Shown here in pieces: positions 21,983 through 32,037 of a stretch of DNA of 64,000 bases. The DNA comes from Selaginella moellendorffii. Its lineage: Eukaryota > Plantae > Lycopodiophyta. The notes beneath the pieces were generated by a model that did no database searches, was not told the origin of the DNA, and was given only the letters and a program-made list of their open reading frames with translations. A program made the position numbers and the translations under genes. Every line of letters starts with the position of its first letter. Position 1 is the stretch's first letter. The stretch spans positions 2,195,728 through 2,259,727 of the forward strand of contig NW_003314272.1 of assembly GCF_000143415.4 (NCBI RefSeq). The letters run 5' to 3'.

Positions 21983-24454
21983 TCACGCCGGATGGAACTC
22001 GTGGATGTTCTTAGCAGGATCCAGCTCTTTGATCATCTCGATCGGCCTTCCACCACCATCACCGCCTGGCTTCCTCCTTGACGGCGAAGCGTTCCTGTTG
22101 TATCCATCCAGGAGAGCCTTGAAAGTTATCTGCGTCGGCTGGCAGCCATGCTCGGTCATGTACTCGATCACGCTCAGCGCCTCCTTGTACAGCCCCAAGC
22201 TCGAGTAGCTCCCCACCAGCGTGTTGAAAGTGAAGTTGTCCGGCCTCACGCGAGCAGCCACCATGTCTCCAAACACCCGGGCCGCGTCGTCCATCCTGCC
22301 ATGCTTGGTGTACGAGTAGAGCAGCGTGTTGTAAGTGATCAAGTTGGGAGCTTTGCCTGCTCTTCGCATCTCGCTCATCACCTCCTCGGCTTTGTGGTAC
22401 ATCCCTTCCCGTCCATACATGCTCATCAAGCAGTTGTAAGTCACGCCGTCGGGCTTGAGCTGCGCCTTCCGGATCTCTTCCAGGAGTTTCACCGCGCGCT
22501 CGATCCATCCCCGCTTGGCGCACATCGAGATCATGGCGTTGAAGACTTTGATGTCCGGCGAGTGGCCGTTGTCGTAGAGCTGGTTGAGCGCGAGCTGGGC
22601 CTCGTTGTCCATGCAACACTTGCAGTAAGCGAGCACGAACGTCTTGCACAGGATGCCGCTCAGTGGCTGCTTGGCCGACTTCTCCAGCTCGTCGATGTAC
22701 TTCCGCAGCTGGAAGAACTGGCCGCTGTTGGCGTACGAGTGGATGAGCCCGGCGTGGCAAGCGTCGCTCAGCTGGAGCCCGGCCTCGGCCATCTCCTGCG
22801 AGACTTTCTCGCACTGTTGCCACCGTCCTTCCCGAGCGAGCGAGGCCATGAGTGCGGCGAAAGTCGGCACTGTTGGCTGCAATCCTGTCCTGAGTAGTCC
22901 CTTGTAGATGTCCACCGAGTAGTCGACGTAGCCACACCTGCCGTAGCACTCTATCAGGATGTTGAACGTGTCCACCCCTGGCATGTATCCCGCTCTCTTC
23001 ATCTCCCTGAAGACGTTGGACACCTCCGTGAGCATCCCGCAGTTGCCAAACGACTTGAGCAGCGAGTTCCAAGTCACCAGGTCCGGCGTGCAGTTCTTCT
23101 CTTGCATGAACTTGAAAACTTTCATCATGTCGTCCAGCTTCTCCATCCGGCCGTAGATGTCGATCAAGATGTTGTAAGTCACGATGTTGGGCGTGCAGTT
23201 CGTCTTTCTCATCTCCGTGAACGTCTCCAGAGCCTTCTCATACCGCTCCGCACGGTTGAAAGCCGAGATGAGAGTGCAGTACGTGAATTCGTCCGGACAC
23301 AGGCCTTTGGAGAGCAGGCTCTTCTTCAGAGCAGCCGCCTCGTCGCAAAGCCCGGCTCTGGCGTAGGCCGCAATGAGCTCGTTGTAAGTCACGATGTTTG
23401 GAGAGATCCCGGCGGCCTCCATCTCGACGAGCAGCTCCGAGGCCTCCTTGTGCATACCACCCTTCCCATAGACGTCGAGCAGCGCGTTGTAAGTCACACG
23501 GTTTGGACAGCAGCCGGCTTCCTTCATCTCCTGGAAGAGTCGCAGCGCTTCCTGGCAGTGGCTGTTCTGGATGCACGCCGTGATCATGGTGTTGTACGTG
23601 TAGTCGTCGGGAGAGATCTCGAGATCTTTCATCTCCTGGAAGAGCGACTGAATCCTGTCCCACGAGTCCCCTCTTTTACCGTAGAGGTCCAGCATCACGT
23701 TGTAAGTCACCGCATTCCCTCGCTGGCCTTCTCGTTGCATGGTCTCGAAGAGAGTGATGCCTTCGTCGAATCGCCGGGCTCTCGAGAGGATGCTGATGAG
23801 CGAGGTGTAAGCGTACACGTCCAGACTGTAGCTCTCGTCCTGCTTGAGGCTCTCGAAAAGCTCCAGGGCCGCGGGGAGCTGTTCATGGTTGCCCAAGACG
23901 CTGAGGATGGACGCGGTGGCGACGCCCCGGAGCTTGAAGCAGTCGTGCTTCCTGATCCATTCGAAGACTTCCAGCGCCTTCTTCCACTTTCCCTGGCGTC
24001 CCAGTGCCTTGACAAAGTAGACGAGCTCGGAATCCGTGAGGACGAGCTCGCCGGCGATGAATCCCAGCAGCTCCGTGGCGTCGGAAGAATCCTCCTGCTT
24101 AGAGATTGATGCGAGCAGCGAATGCGCCGCCTTCGACACGTCGCAGGGCTTGCCCTCCGGAGGATAGCGCGCCAGAGCGCCCAGCCGTTGCTTTGGCAGG
24201 GGAAATCTTCGCTCGCTACCAGCGCTGCCGCTGCCGCTGCTGCCGAAGATCGCTTCCAGGCTCTGGGATGGAAGAAGAGCAGCCTCGGGAGGAGACTTGT
24301 CCGAGATTTTCAATCTCACTGCCGCGGCCGCCTCCTCGATCGAAGAAGGGGAGGAGATTCTTACCGGAGCGATCGGCGCTGGAGCAAGCTCTGGAATGTG
24401 CTGCCCCGCGGCCGAGCAGCGACAGGAAGAGCCGATCGCCGAGACGAACGCCAT
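21983..24454 (-). CDS. P-class pentatricopeptide repeat protein (At5g02860-like), intronless, 823 aa, plastid-type transit peptide
   Basis: Long array of 35-aa repeats (VTYNALLDVYGK, PNIVTYN, PDGVTYNCLM); Ser/Ala-rich N-terminus. Confidence 0.95.
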   Translation of the reverse strand: MAFVSAIGSSCRCSAAGQHIPELAPAPIAPVRISSPSSIEEAAAAVRLKISDKSPPEAALLPSQSLEAIFGSSGSGSAGSERRFPLPKQRLGALARYPPEGKPCDVSKAAHSLLASISKQEDSSDATELLGFIAGELVLTDSELVYFVKALGRQGKWKKALEVFEWIRKHDCFKLRGVATASILSVLGNHEQLPAALELFESLKQDESYSLDVYAYTSLISILSRARRFDEGITLFETMQREGQRGNAVTYNVMLDLYGKRGDSWDRIQSLFQEMKDLEISPDDYTYNTMITACIQNSHCQEALRLFQEMKEAGCCPNRVTYNALLDVYGKGGMHKEASELLVEMEAAGISPNIVTYNELIAAYARAGLCDEAAALKKSLLSKGLCPDEFTYCTLISAFNRAERYEKALETFTEMRKTNCTPNIVTYNILIDIYGRMEKLDDMMKVFKFMQEKNCTPDLVTWNSLLKSFGNCGMLTEVSNVFREMKRAGYMPGVDTFNILIECYGRCGYVDYSVDIYKGLLRTGLQPTVPTFAALMASLAREGRWQQCEKVSQEMAEAGLQLSDACHAGLIHSYANSGQFFQLRKYIDELEKSAKQPLSGILCKTFVLAYCKCCMDNEAQLALNQLYDNGHSPDIKVFNAMISMCAKRGWIERAVKLLEEIRKAQLKPDGVTYNCLMSMYGREGMYHKAEEVMSEMRRAGKAPNLITYNTLLYSYTKHGRMDDAARVFGDMVAARVRPDNFTFNTLVGSYSSLGLYKEALSVIEYMTEHGCQPTQITFKALLDGYNRNASPSRRKPGGDGGGRPIEMIKELDPAKNIHEFHPA

Positions 24455-24561
24455 AGCCGCGCGCTACATTTGATTCCCCTTAGGGTTTATCATAAGGGTT
24501 TAAAAACTAGTTCTAGGGCTTCAAGAACTAGGGTTCCTGGGAAGTGAGTTCCAGAGTAGAA
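24455..24561. promoter_or_regulatory. 107-bp bidirectional promoter (PPR / BUD13) with telo-box-like motifs
   Basis: Divergent ATGs at 24454 and 24562; TAGGGTTT at 24481 and further CTAGGG(C/T)T copies. Confidence 0.55.
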
Positions 24562-26604
24562 ATGGAGGCGTATCTCAGCAAGCGCTATGGCGCCGTGAAG
24601 GACAGCTTCGATCTCAAGCCCAAGAAGGCGAAGAAGAAGAAGAAGAAGAAGGATCCGGCACCGGCGAGCGCGGGTAAGGGCAAATTCCAGGGCGTGATGA
24701 TCGTGGACGACGACGCAGAGTGGCAGAAGAAGCTCAACGATTCCGACGAGGGCGAGGAGGAGGCCCCGACGATCGTGGAGGAGGACGACGAGGTAACGCG
24801 GGTCAAGCGAATGGATCTCCTGCGGCGAAGGACTTATCTCGCCATTGGCGACGATGGCAGCGGCTGGGTGGATGTTACTTCAGGGAAGAAATGCGCGGAC
24901 GATTTGTCTCCGGCTCGGGGCCCTCGCCGGGCTCGTCTGGACACGCCGGATCATTCTCCAGCTCGGGAAGATCTATCTCCTCCTCGCCGGACTCGTCAGG
25001 ACACGCCAGACGGAACTCCAGCTCGTGAAGATTTATCTCCTCCTCGCCGCTCTCGATCTCGTGAAGACTTGTCTCCTCCACGACGAAGGCGCGACCAGGA
25101 GGACCTAACACCACCTCGACGTACTCGTCAGGGCACTCCAGATTTGTCTCCAGCACGACGGTCTCGAGGTGGTGGATCTCCTGCTCGGGGTGGAGACGAG
25201 GATTTATCGCCACCTCGTAGAACGGACTTATCTCCTCCTCGTCGAAGCAGGCAAGCAGAACTCCAACAAGATTTATCTCCTCTTCGGCGGAGAGACGCAT
25301 CAGAGAGTCCTCCTCGTCGAAGAAGGAGCCAGGCAGAGGCAGAAGATTTATCTCCGCCACGGAGGCGGCGGCGGCGGGGGTCTGAGAGTCCTCGTGGAAG
25401 GAACCAGGCAGAAGAAGTAGTAGATTTATCTCCCCCCCGTCGGAGACAGCGGAGAGACACCGAGGACTTATCCCCGCCACGCCGGAGCAAAGCTGGCGGC
25501 GACGACTTATCTCCACCCCGTCGTAGGCAGCGGACAGACACTGAGGACTTATCCCCGCCACGCCGAAGGAGTGGAAGCGACTTATCTCCTCGTCGCAAAG
25601 CTGGCGCCGGTGACTTATCTCCACCCCGTCACAGGCCACGGACAGACACATCTCCACCCCGTCGCAGGGAGGACTTGTCTCCTCCTCGCCGGAGGAGTGG
25701 AAGCGACTTATCTCCGCCTCGTCGCAAAGCTGGCGGCAGTGACTTATCTCCACCCCGTCGCAGGCAGCGGACAGATACCGAGGACTTATCTCCGCCTCGC
25801 CGGAAGAGTGGAAGGGACTTGTCTCCTCCTCGTCGCAAAGGTGGCGGCGGGGACTTATCTCCTCGTCGAAGCCGGGGAGAAGATCTATCTCCGCCTCATC
25901 GTCGGAGCACCAGCGACCTCTCACCACCACGCCGTGGCCGGGTTGACGACGCCTCGGACAAGGCCAAGGCCGGGCTCAAGACAGGCTCGGAGCTCCGGCA
26001 CGAGATAACCGAGAAGCAGTCCCAGGACGCGAGGAGATTCAAGCAGCTCGACTCGACGCTCACGGGGCGTGGTGCCGAGACGGTATACAGGGACAAGCAC
26101 GGGCGGAGGCTGGCGGGGCTGGAGGAGCTGATGAAGCAGCAGAAAGGCCCTGCCAAGGAGCCGGAGAAGCCGCTCGAGTGGGGGACGGGGCTGGCGCAGA
26201 AGAGGGAGGCCGAGAAGCGGCGGGAGGAGATCGAGGCCGAGAAAGACAAGCCTTTCGCTCGCAGCAAGGACGATCTGGACGCCATCTACAAGAACAGAGT
26301 GCGCTGGGGGGATCCCATGGCTCATCTGGTGAAGCAGACGGACGAGGTACTGCTGGGGCTGGAAGACTTTGGCAGGAGCGACAAGATGAGGGAGTCCGGG
26401 TTTAACGTTCCGCAGGGAGTGCCGGCGCATAGCTGGCTCAAGCGCGGCCACGCCGCGACGCCAAACCGGTATAACATCCGGCCGGGGAGGCACTGGGATG
26501 GCGTGGATCGCAGCAATGGGTTTGAGGAGAAGCTGTTCAAGCAGCAGAACGAGAAGAAGGCGATGGTGGACACGGCGTATCTGTGGTCTGTTGCGGATAT
26601 GTGA
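24562..26604 (+). CDS. BUD13: BUD13/CWC26 pre-mRNA splicing factor (RES complex), intronless
   Basis: >20 DLSPPRR repeats, then the conserved C-terminal domain GRGAETVYRDK, EWGTGLAQK, RWGDPMA, NRYNIRPGRHWDGVDRSNGFE, YLWSVADM. Confidence 0.96.
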   Translation: MEAYLSKRYGAVKDSFDLKPKKAKKKKKKKDPAPASAGKGKFQGVMIVDDDAEWQKKLNDSDEGEEEAPTIVEEDDEVTRVKRMDLLRRRTYLAIGDDGSGWVDVTSGKKCADDLSPARGPRRARLDTPDHSPAREDLSPPRRTRQDTPDGTPAREDLSPPRRSRSREDLSPPRRRRDQEDLTPPRRTRQGTPDLSPARRSRGGGSPARGGDEDLSPPRRTDLSPPRRSRQAELQQDLSPLRRRDASESPPRRRRSQAEAEDLSPPRRRRRRGSESPRGRNQAEEVVDLSPPRRRQRRDTEDLSPPRRSKAGGDDLSPPRRRQRTDTEDLSPPRRRSGSDLSPRRKAGAGDLSPPRHRPRTDTSPPRRREDLSPPRRRSGSDLSPPRRKAGGSDLSPPRRRQRTDTEDLSPPRRKSGRDLSPPRRKGGGGDLSPRRSRGEDLSPPHRRSTSDLSPPRRGRVDDASDKAKAGLKTGSELRHEITEKQSQDARRFKQLDSTLTGRGAETVYRDKHGRRLAGLEELMKQQKGPAKEPEKPLEWGTGLAQKREAEKRREEIEAEKDKPFARSKDDLDAIYKNRVRWGDPMAHLVKQTDEVLLGLEDFGRSDKMRESGFNVPQGVPAHSWLKRGHAATPNRYNIRPGRHWDGVDRSNGFEEKLFKQQNEKKAMVDTAYLWSVADM

Positions 26605-26853
26605 TGGTTTCATCTGTGGTAACATGAACGAAAATCTGAAAAGTCTGTTTAGAAGCGACCAATTTTTGGTTTGGTTAACCAAACCAGTGGAATATGCTTG
26701 AATATTCTGGGATATCTTACCTTAGATTAATTTTATATTTATAAAACACTTTCTGGTATATTTTAATTTTATTCTACCATTTAATGGTTGATAAAGATTA
26801 AAATTGTGTTTTATAATTATCAATTCGCAGAAAATTTTAGAAAAAATTATTTT

Positions 26854-28353
26854 TTAGATTTTGTAACCTTGGCTTGAAGCTAGGACAAGTGCGCCAACAT
26901 TCTGGCGATCAATCTCCAAAATCCTCTTTGTGGCCCGCACGCCTCTTTCCTGATTGAGGGTCCGCCCACGGGCGCATGCGCCCAGCAGGCACCGCCAGTC
27001 CACCACCTCGGGCTTGTACGGCATGCTCGTGATGAGCTCCTCGCTCTCCTCGAGCCGGCCCAGCCGCGCAAGCAAATCAATCACGCTGCAGTAGTGCTGC
27101 TTGTATGGCCTGACTGAGTAGTCCGCCACCATCGATCGAAAGCACGCAATGCTGGGCTCAATCTCGCCACCGTGGCTGGATGCGAGCAGCACACACGCAA
27201 ACGCCATCTCGTCCGGGAGATGGATCATTGTCATGGCAAGGAAGAGGTCGATCGCGGCGGTGGCGCGGCCGTTGTGGGCGTAGGCCGCCAGCAGCGAGTT
27301 CCAGGCCACCGGCTGGAGCTCGGGGATGCGATCGAAGAGTGCCCTGGATGCTGCGAGCTGCCCGTTTTGGGCATATGCCGAGAGCATTGTGTTCCAGAGG
27401 ATTGGGTCGCGGTGATCCATGGCATCAAAGAGCTCCTTGGCTCGATCCAGATCGCCGCTATTGGCATGCGCGCACAGGATCGCGGTCCAGGAGACGAGGT
27501 CGCGCTCGGGCATGGCGTCCAGGGCGCGGGATGCGTGGGGAAGATCACCGGCCTGGGCGTATGCACCAAGGATCGCGTTCCACAGGATTAGATCTCTCTC
27601 TGGAGCGCAATCAAAGATGTGTTGAGCTTGCTCGAGTCTATTTTGTTGCGAAAGCGCGTAGAGAATCGAGGTAAGAGATACAAGGTTGTGCTCGGGCATG
27701 GAATCAAATACTTTCTTCGCTTTATCCAGATGCCCATTCTGGGCATACGCTGATAAGAGACCATTCCAAGATATTAGCTCCCTCTCCTCCATCAATGCAA
27801 ACATTTTACTTGCGGAACCCACGTCACCATTGCGTGCGAAGCCTGATAGCATTGCGCTCCAGGTGACAAGATTTTGCTCCGGCATGGATTCAAAGACAAT
27901 CTTTGCCTGATCCAGATGCCCGTGCCGGGAAAATGCGGTGAGCAGCGCGGTCCAGGAGATAAGATCAACCTCCGGCATCGAGTCAAAGAGCATCTTCGAT
28001 TCCTTGAAGCTGCCGTGGCGGGAGTAGACGCACAGCATCACGGTGGAGGCGATGAGGCTCCAGTCCGGCATGGCGTCGAAGATCTGCTTGGCGACCTCGA
28101 GATACCCGACTCGGGCATACGCTCCCAGCATGAGCACCCAGGTGAAGTGGTCCTTGGCCGTGATCCCATCGAAGACACGCCGTGCCTCGCTGACGCTGCC
28201 GCAGCGGCCATACATCTCGATGAGCAGATTTTCCAGATGGGCGTCGCGGTGGATTGCTAGCGATTGGCAGAGGCGCGAATGGAGTTCCCTTGCTGCAGGC
28301 AGGCTGCTGCATGATTTGATCCGCCGGACGAGTGCGTTTCGATCTGGGCGCAT
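26854..28353 (-). CDS. PLS/S-type PPR protein with truncated E domain, intronless, 499 aa
   Basis: 31-aa repeats (MPERDLVSWTAIL, FDSMPEHNLVS), HYCSVIDLLARLGRLEE, WRCLLGAC; no DYW. Confidence 0.92.
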   Translation of the reverse strand: MRPDRNALVRRIKSCSSLPAARELHSRLCQSLAIHRDAHLENLLIEMYGRCGSVSEARRVFDGITAKDHFTWVLMLGAYARVGYLEVAKQIFDAMPDWSLIASTVMLCVYSRHGSFKESKMLFDSMPEVDLISWTALLTAFSRHGHLDQAKIVFESMPEQNLVTWSAMLSGFARNGDVGSASKMFALMEERELISWNGLLSAYAQNGHLDKAKKVFDSMPEHNLVSLTSILYALSQQNRLEQAQHIFDCAPERDLILWNAILGAYAQAGDLPHASRALDAMPERDLVSWTAILCAHANSGDLDRAKELFDAMDHRDPILWNTMLSAYAQNGQLAASRALFDRIPELQPVAWNSLLAAYAHNGRATAAIDLFLAMTMIHLPDEMAFACVLLASSHGGEIEPSIACFRSMVADYSVRPYKQHYCSVIDLLARLGRLEESEELITSMPYKPEVVDWRCLLGACARGRTLNQERGVRATKRILEIDRQNVGALVLASSQGYKI

Positions 28354-28923
28354 TGGCCCATACTTTAGTTAAAGAAGTGCTCTCTGTTAGTCTCCTTGAC
28401 ATGTACGTGCATGGGTCGCCACCCAAACGCGGACGTCATGCAAAAGATCGTTTGGGTCATTCCTGTTCATATATCCAAATTTTATCAATAAAACCATTCC
28501 CTTTAATAATATTTTATGCACTCAATCCAGACAGGGGCATTTGTGCCATTTAACAATTAACTACATAGGAGTATTGTTAGTATCGTTAGAGAATAAATGT
28601 ATAATTTATTATAAATTGGGTCTATGATGTATGGCTACAATGTCATGTACTAATATTAATGTAGAAATTTTTTAATAGTGGCTGGTTTTAATTTGGATAA
28701 TTGGGTTTTGCAAATTTCTGTATTCCTCTATTATACCACATGGAATATAGAAAGTTTTTAAAGCAATTTTTCAGCAATTATATTGGTTTAAAGTCAAGTA
28801 TGTATATATTCCATATATCTATATATATATATATATATTTATACAACCATACATAATTGAATTTATACAACTAAACATACTATTTCTACATTTAACAACA
28901 ATTTCTTGCTTTAATAAATAATA

Positions 28924-29805
28924 ATGCTAATAATTATAATTAAAGCTATCTTGCTTTTAGAGTTAGTTTATGGTAGATGGCCGGCAAAAGTAGATTGGGG
29001 AATTAATAATACACTATTAGAGAATGAAGTTAGAAGAATTGTTGAGAATGGATTTTTAAGTATTGAACAACGAATTGATAGATTCAATAATGATTATCCA
29101 ATTAATTATGAGGGGTCTGCTATTATTTTATTTGAACGAATGATTGGAAACCCACCAAATTGTCTAGTAGGTGATATATCTAATTCTAAAATTAGTGGTA
29201 GTACAATTAGATCTGGAATACAGTATATAAAAAGAACATATAAAAATCAAATTATCAATGCATGTTCTAGCATGTGTGATATTACAAGTCGTAATTATAG
29301 ACTTAGATATATTATTGATCAATGGTGGAATAATAGTAATATACAAAATGATTTTGAAATTACTCTTACAAATCCCTTAGCTTATTTGGATTATAGAAAT
29401 TGTGATGTTACTCATAGTACATTATATGCTGGATTTCCTAGAGATCATTTGTTAGCTTCTGAATTTTTAATATCTCCAAATGGTAAAAATATACTTTATA
29501 TATCATCTGATTGTAAACTTTTATTATACTCTGGAACGAATAATTTATGGATATCTAAAAATTCAAGAACTTATCAAGGATTTTGTAAACTTCTGTTAAA
29601 AAAAAATGGCAATCTTATATTATATTCAGCATTAGAAGAAAAAATATGGTCTATTGATAAATTTTGTTCTAAATTATCTCATTGTAAGTTTATTACATTT
29701 TTAACAGTCCAGAATGATTGTAATCTTGTAATATATTCATCTAAACCATCAAAAGAAATATGGTGGGCAACAAATACTCATACCCATCGTCTTTGTATCA
29801 AATGA
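28924..29805 (+). CDS. Secreted protein: signal peptide + unknown N-domain + C-terminal bulb-type (GNA) lectin domain
   Basis: Hydrophobic leader; LISPNGKNILY, ISSDCKLLLY, LKKNGNLILY, VQNDCNLVIY (QxDxNxVxY), IWWATNT. A 293-codon ORF in DNA of about 25% GC is unlikely by chance. Confidence 0.85.
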   Translation: MLIIIIKAILLLELVYGRWPAKVDWGINNTLLENEVRRIVENGFLSIEQRIDRFNNDYPINYEGSAIILFERMIGNPPNCLVGDISNSKISGSTIRSGIQYIKRTYKNQIINACSSMCDITSRNYRLRYIIDQWWNNSNIQNDFEITLTNPLAYLDYRNCDVTHSTLYAGFPRDHLLASEFLISPNGKNILYISSDCKLLLYSGTNNLWISKNSRTYQGFCKLLLKKNGNLILYSALEEKIWSIDKFCSKLSHCKFITFLTVQNDCNLVIYSSKPSKEIWWATNTHTHRLCIK

Positions 29806-29929
29806 ATATTTGAATTAATTGTCAAGAACAACTATTTGATTTACTGTCAAATTTACAGCTTATAATCGACCTTGAAAACTACATAATATTTCAAAGGTAA
29901 CAATTGTTTAATTCCATTGTTTTTTGATT

Positions 29930-31632
29930 TTACACTGTCGATTTTCTAATATTCACATCCAACACCGTCGTGTCGTCCGCTTGTCCTCCCGATTTGAGAG
30001 CAAGCCGACCTTCATCCAAGAACTTCCTCACCGCGCTTTCTACGTAATCGCTCGCTTGCCGGACGCTCATCCCCTTCCCGAAATTCGGGTAGCCATTCAG
30101 CCGATGGTCGCCGTTGAGCTGCGACGCCAGCTGAACCAGCTCTTCCTGGAACTCGGTCAGCTTCGCGTCCTCATCCACTGCCCTGTGACGAAGCGACCAA
30201 GGAGGCGTTGGAAGCGTCTCTGAAAAGAAGCTCACAGTAAGAATAAAATCCACTTGTCTCTCACGAATTTCTACCTGGGCAATCGGTTCTGGGGCTGCTG
30301 CGACCAGAGACAACGCTCTCAAAAGTCCCCGCCCAGGCATCTCTCTTCGTCAGGAAGTCCGACTTGAGATCAAAAAGTTTCTTGATAGTCGCTGCCAGTG
30401 ACGAGTGCTCGAACTGTGAAGTAGGCGTCGGGCCATTTGGCTCATGGACAACTGCAAAGGGCCAGAAGAAAAACTAAGTGGATGACAACGATAAAACAAA
30501 GAGTACCTGTTCCTTTCTCGATCCAAGGCGACACCATGATCGTCGGCACACGAACTCCAAGCCTGTCGAAATCAAAGAAGCCAGGCTCCGGTCCCAAAAC
30601 ACCATCGGGATTCGGGACTCCAACGTTTGGAGTCGGGACGTGGTCGTAGAACCCCCCATGCTCGTCGTAAGTTATCACGAACAACACCTCGTTCCACTGC
30701 GGGCTGCTGCGCAGCGCCTCGTAAACCTCCTTGACGAGCTTCTGGCCCTCGGAGACGTCGTGCGAGGGATGATCGTCATTGGCGGGAGTGAGATCCAGAT
30801 CAAAGTAGCGCTGCTCGATGACCGCCACGTTTGGAAGCATCCCGAGCCGGGCATGGAGCTTGAAGGCCGCGCGGTAGCTGTGGTACTTGGTCAGGTACTT
30901 GAGCTTGCGCAAGTTCTTGAAGAACAGGCAAGCCGGGATGTTCTGGTAGTAGATCCCGAACGAGAGACCGTCCTCGTCCAAGGAATCGTAGATGGTCTTT
31001 TGCGGGAATCCTTTCACCAGGTCCTTCTTCACGTTGCTAATCTCTCCATAAGAGGTGGCCGAGTGGACGTAGAGCCGGTTGGGCTGCGTGGACGTCGGCG
31101 TGGACGCAAACCACCGATCAAACACTGCAAACTCCATCGCCAGAGCTGTGTAGACTGGGACGAGCTCCGGGCGGAAGCCTTTCATCACCGTCTCGGAGAA
31201 GCCCTCCACCATGCTCTCGGCCTGCTGCGCGAATCCATTCATGGGCGGGGGGATCGCGGAGGTGTCGTTGGAGCCGAAGACCTGCTCGGTGATGGCCTGG
31301 AACGAATGCCCGGGGTCGGGGTCCACGAATTCGGCCGTGTCGGCGACGAAGATTTTTCGCGACGCGGGATCGGTGGTGGAGAGGGGATTGGACTCGTTGC
31401 CCTGGAGCCCGTCAATCTCCGGGTTGAGCTTCTTGAGCCAGCCCAGCATATGATCGAAGGAACGATTCTCCATCACCAGCACCACCACGGTCTTGATGGG
31501 GCCGGAGATTTTCTTCTTGTGCCTCCACCCGAGCTGCTGCTGCCACTGCTGCTGGTGCGCGAGGCAGAGATTCCAGGAGAGGAGAAGCCACAGCACCATA
31601 ATCTTGGACGCGCTGACCGCTGGAATCGCCAT
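29930..31632 (-). CDS. Non-specific phospholipase C (phosphoesterase family, NPC1/2-like), 3 exons
   Basis: Signal peptide; [56 protein letters not shown]; last exon [19 protein letters not shown]. Confidence 0.95.
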
Positions 31633-32037
31633 CGCTGGCTCTCCAGTCGATCTTGCTACACGGGGAGAAGAGAGATTAGGGCTCTTACTGGAATCCTGCT
31701 GCTGTGCCGATTGGAATGGCGATCGGTGGAGCTAGAAAGATCGCCCGCCCGTACTAATGACCATCGCAGTGCTCCGCGAAGATACCTCCCTCTCACAAAC
31801 AGTGACGCACGGCGCCATCGCCCATTTCCCCTCTTCTTCTCCGCCAACGACACAGCCGCCCAAGGAAGTGCTCTGGCCACTAAAATGCGGAAGCGTAACG
31901 GAAGGCAATTCTATTACGTAATGTCCAGGTCACCGGCGAAAAGCGCAAGCGACCGGGAGCAGCCGGTGGCAGGGGCTGCCACCTAACATGTCGTACAGCA
32001 TATGTGATGCCATATACTTTGATTCGTATAAAGTCTC

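Noticed and set aside
24900-25935. Regularly recurring GA(C/T)TTATCTCC repeat resembling a CRISPR-like repeat-spacer array
   Set aside because: It is the coding DLSPPRR repeat of BUD13, in frame and with synonymous variation.
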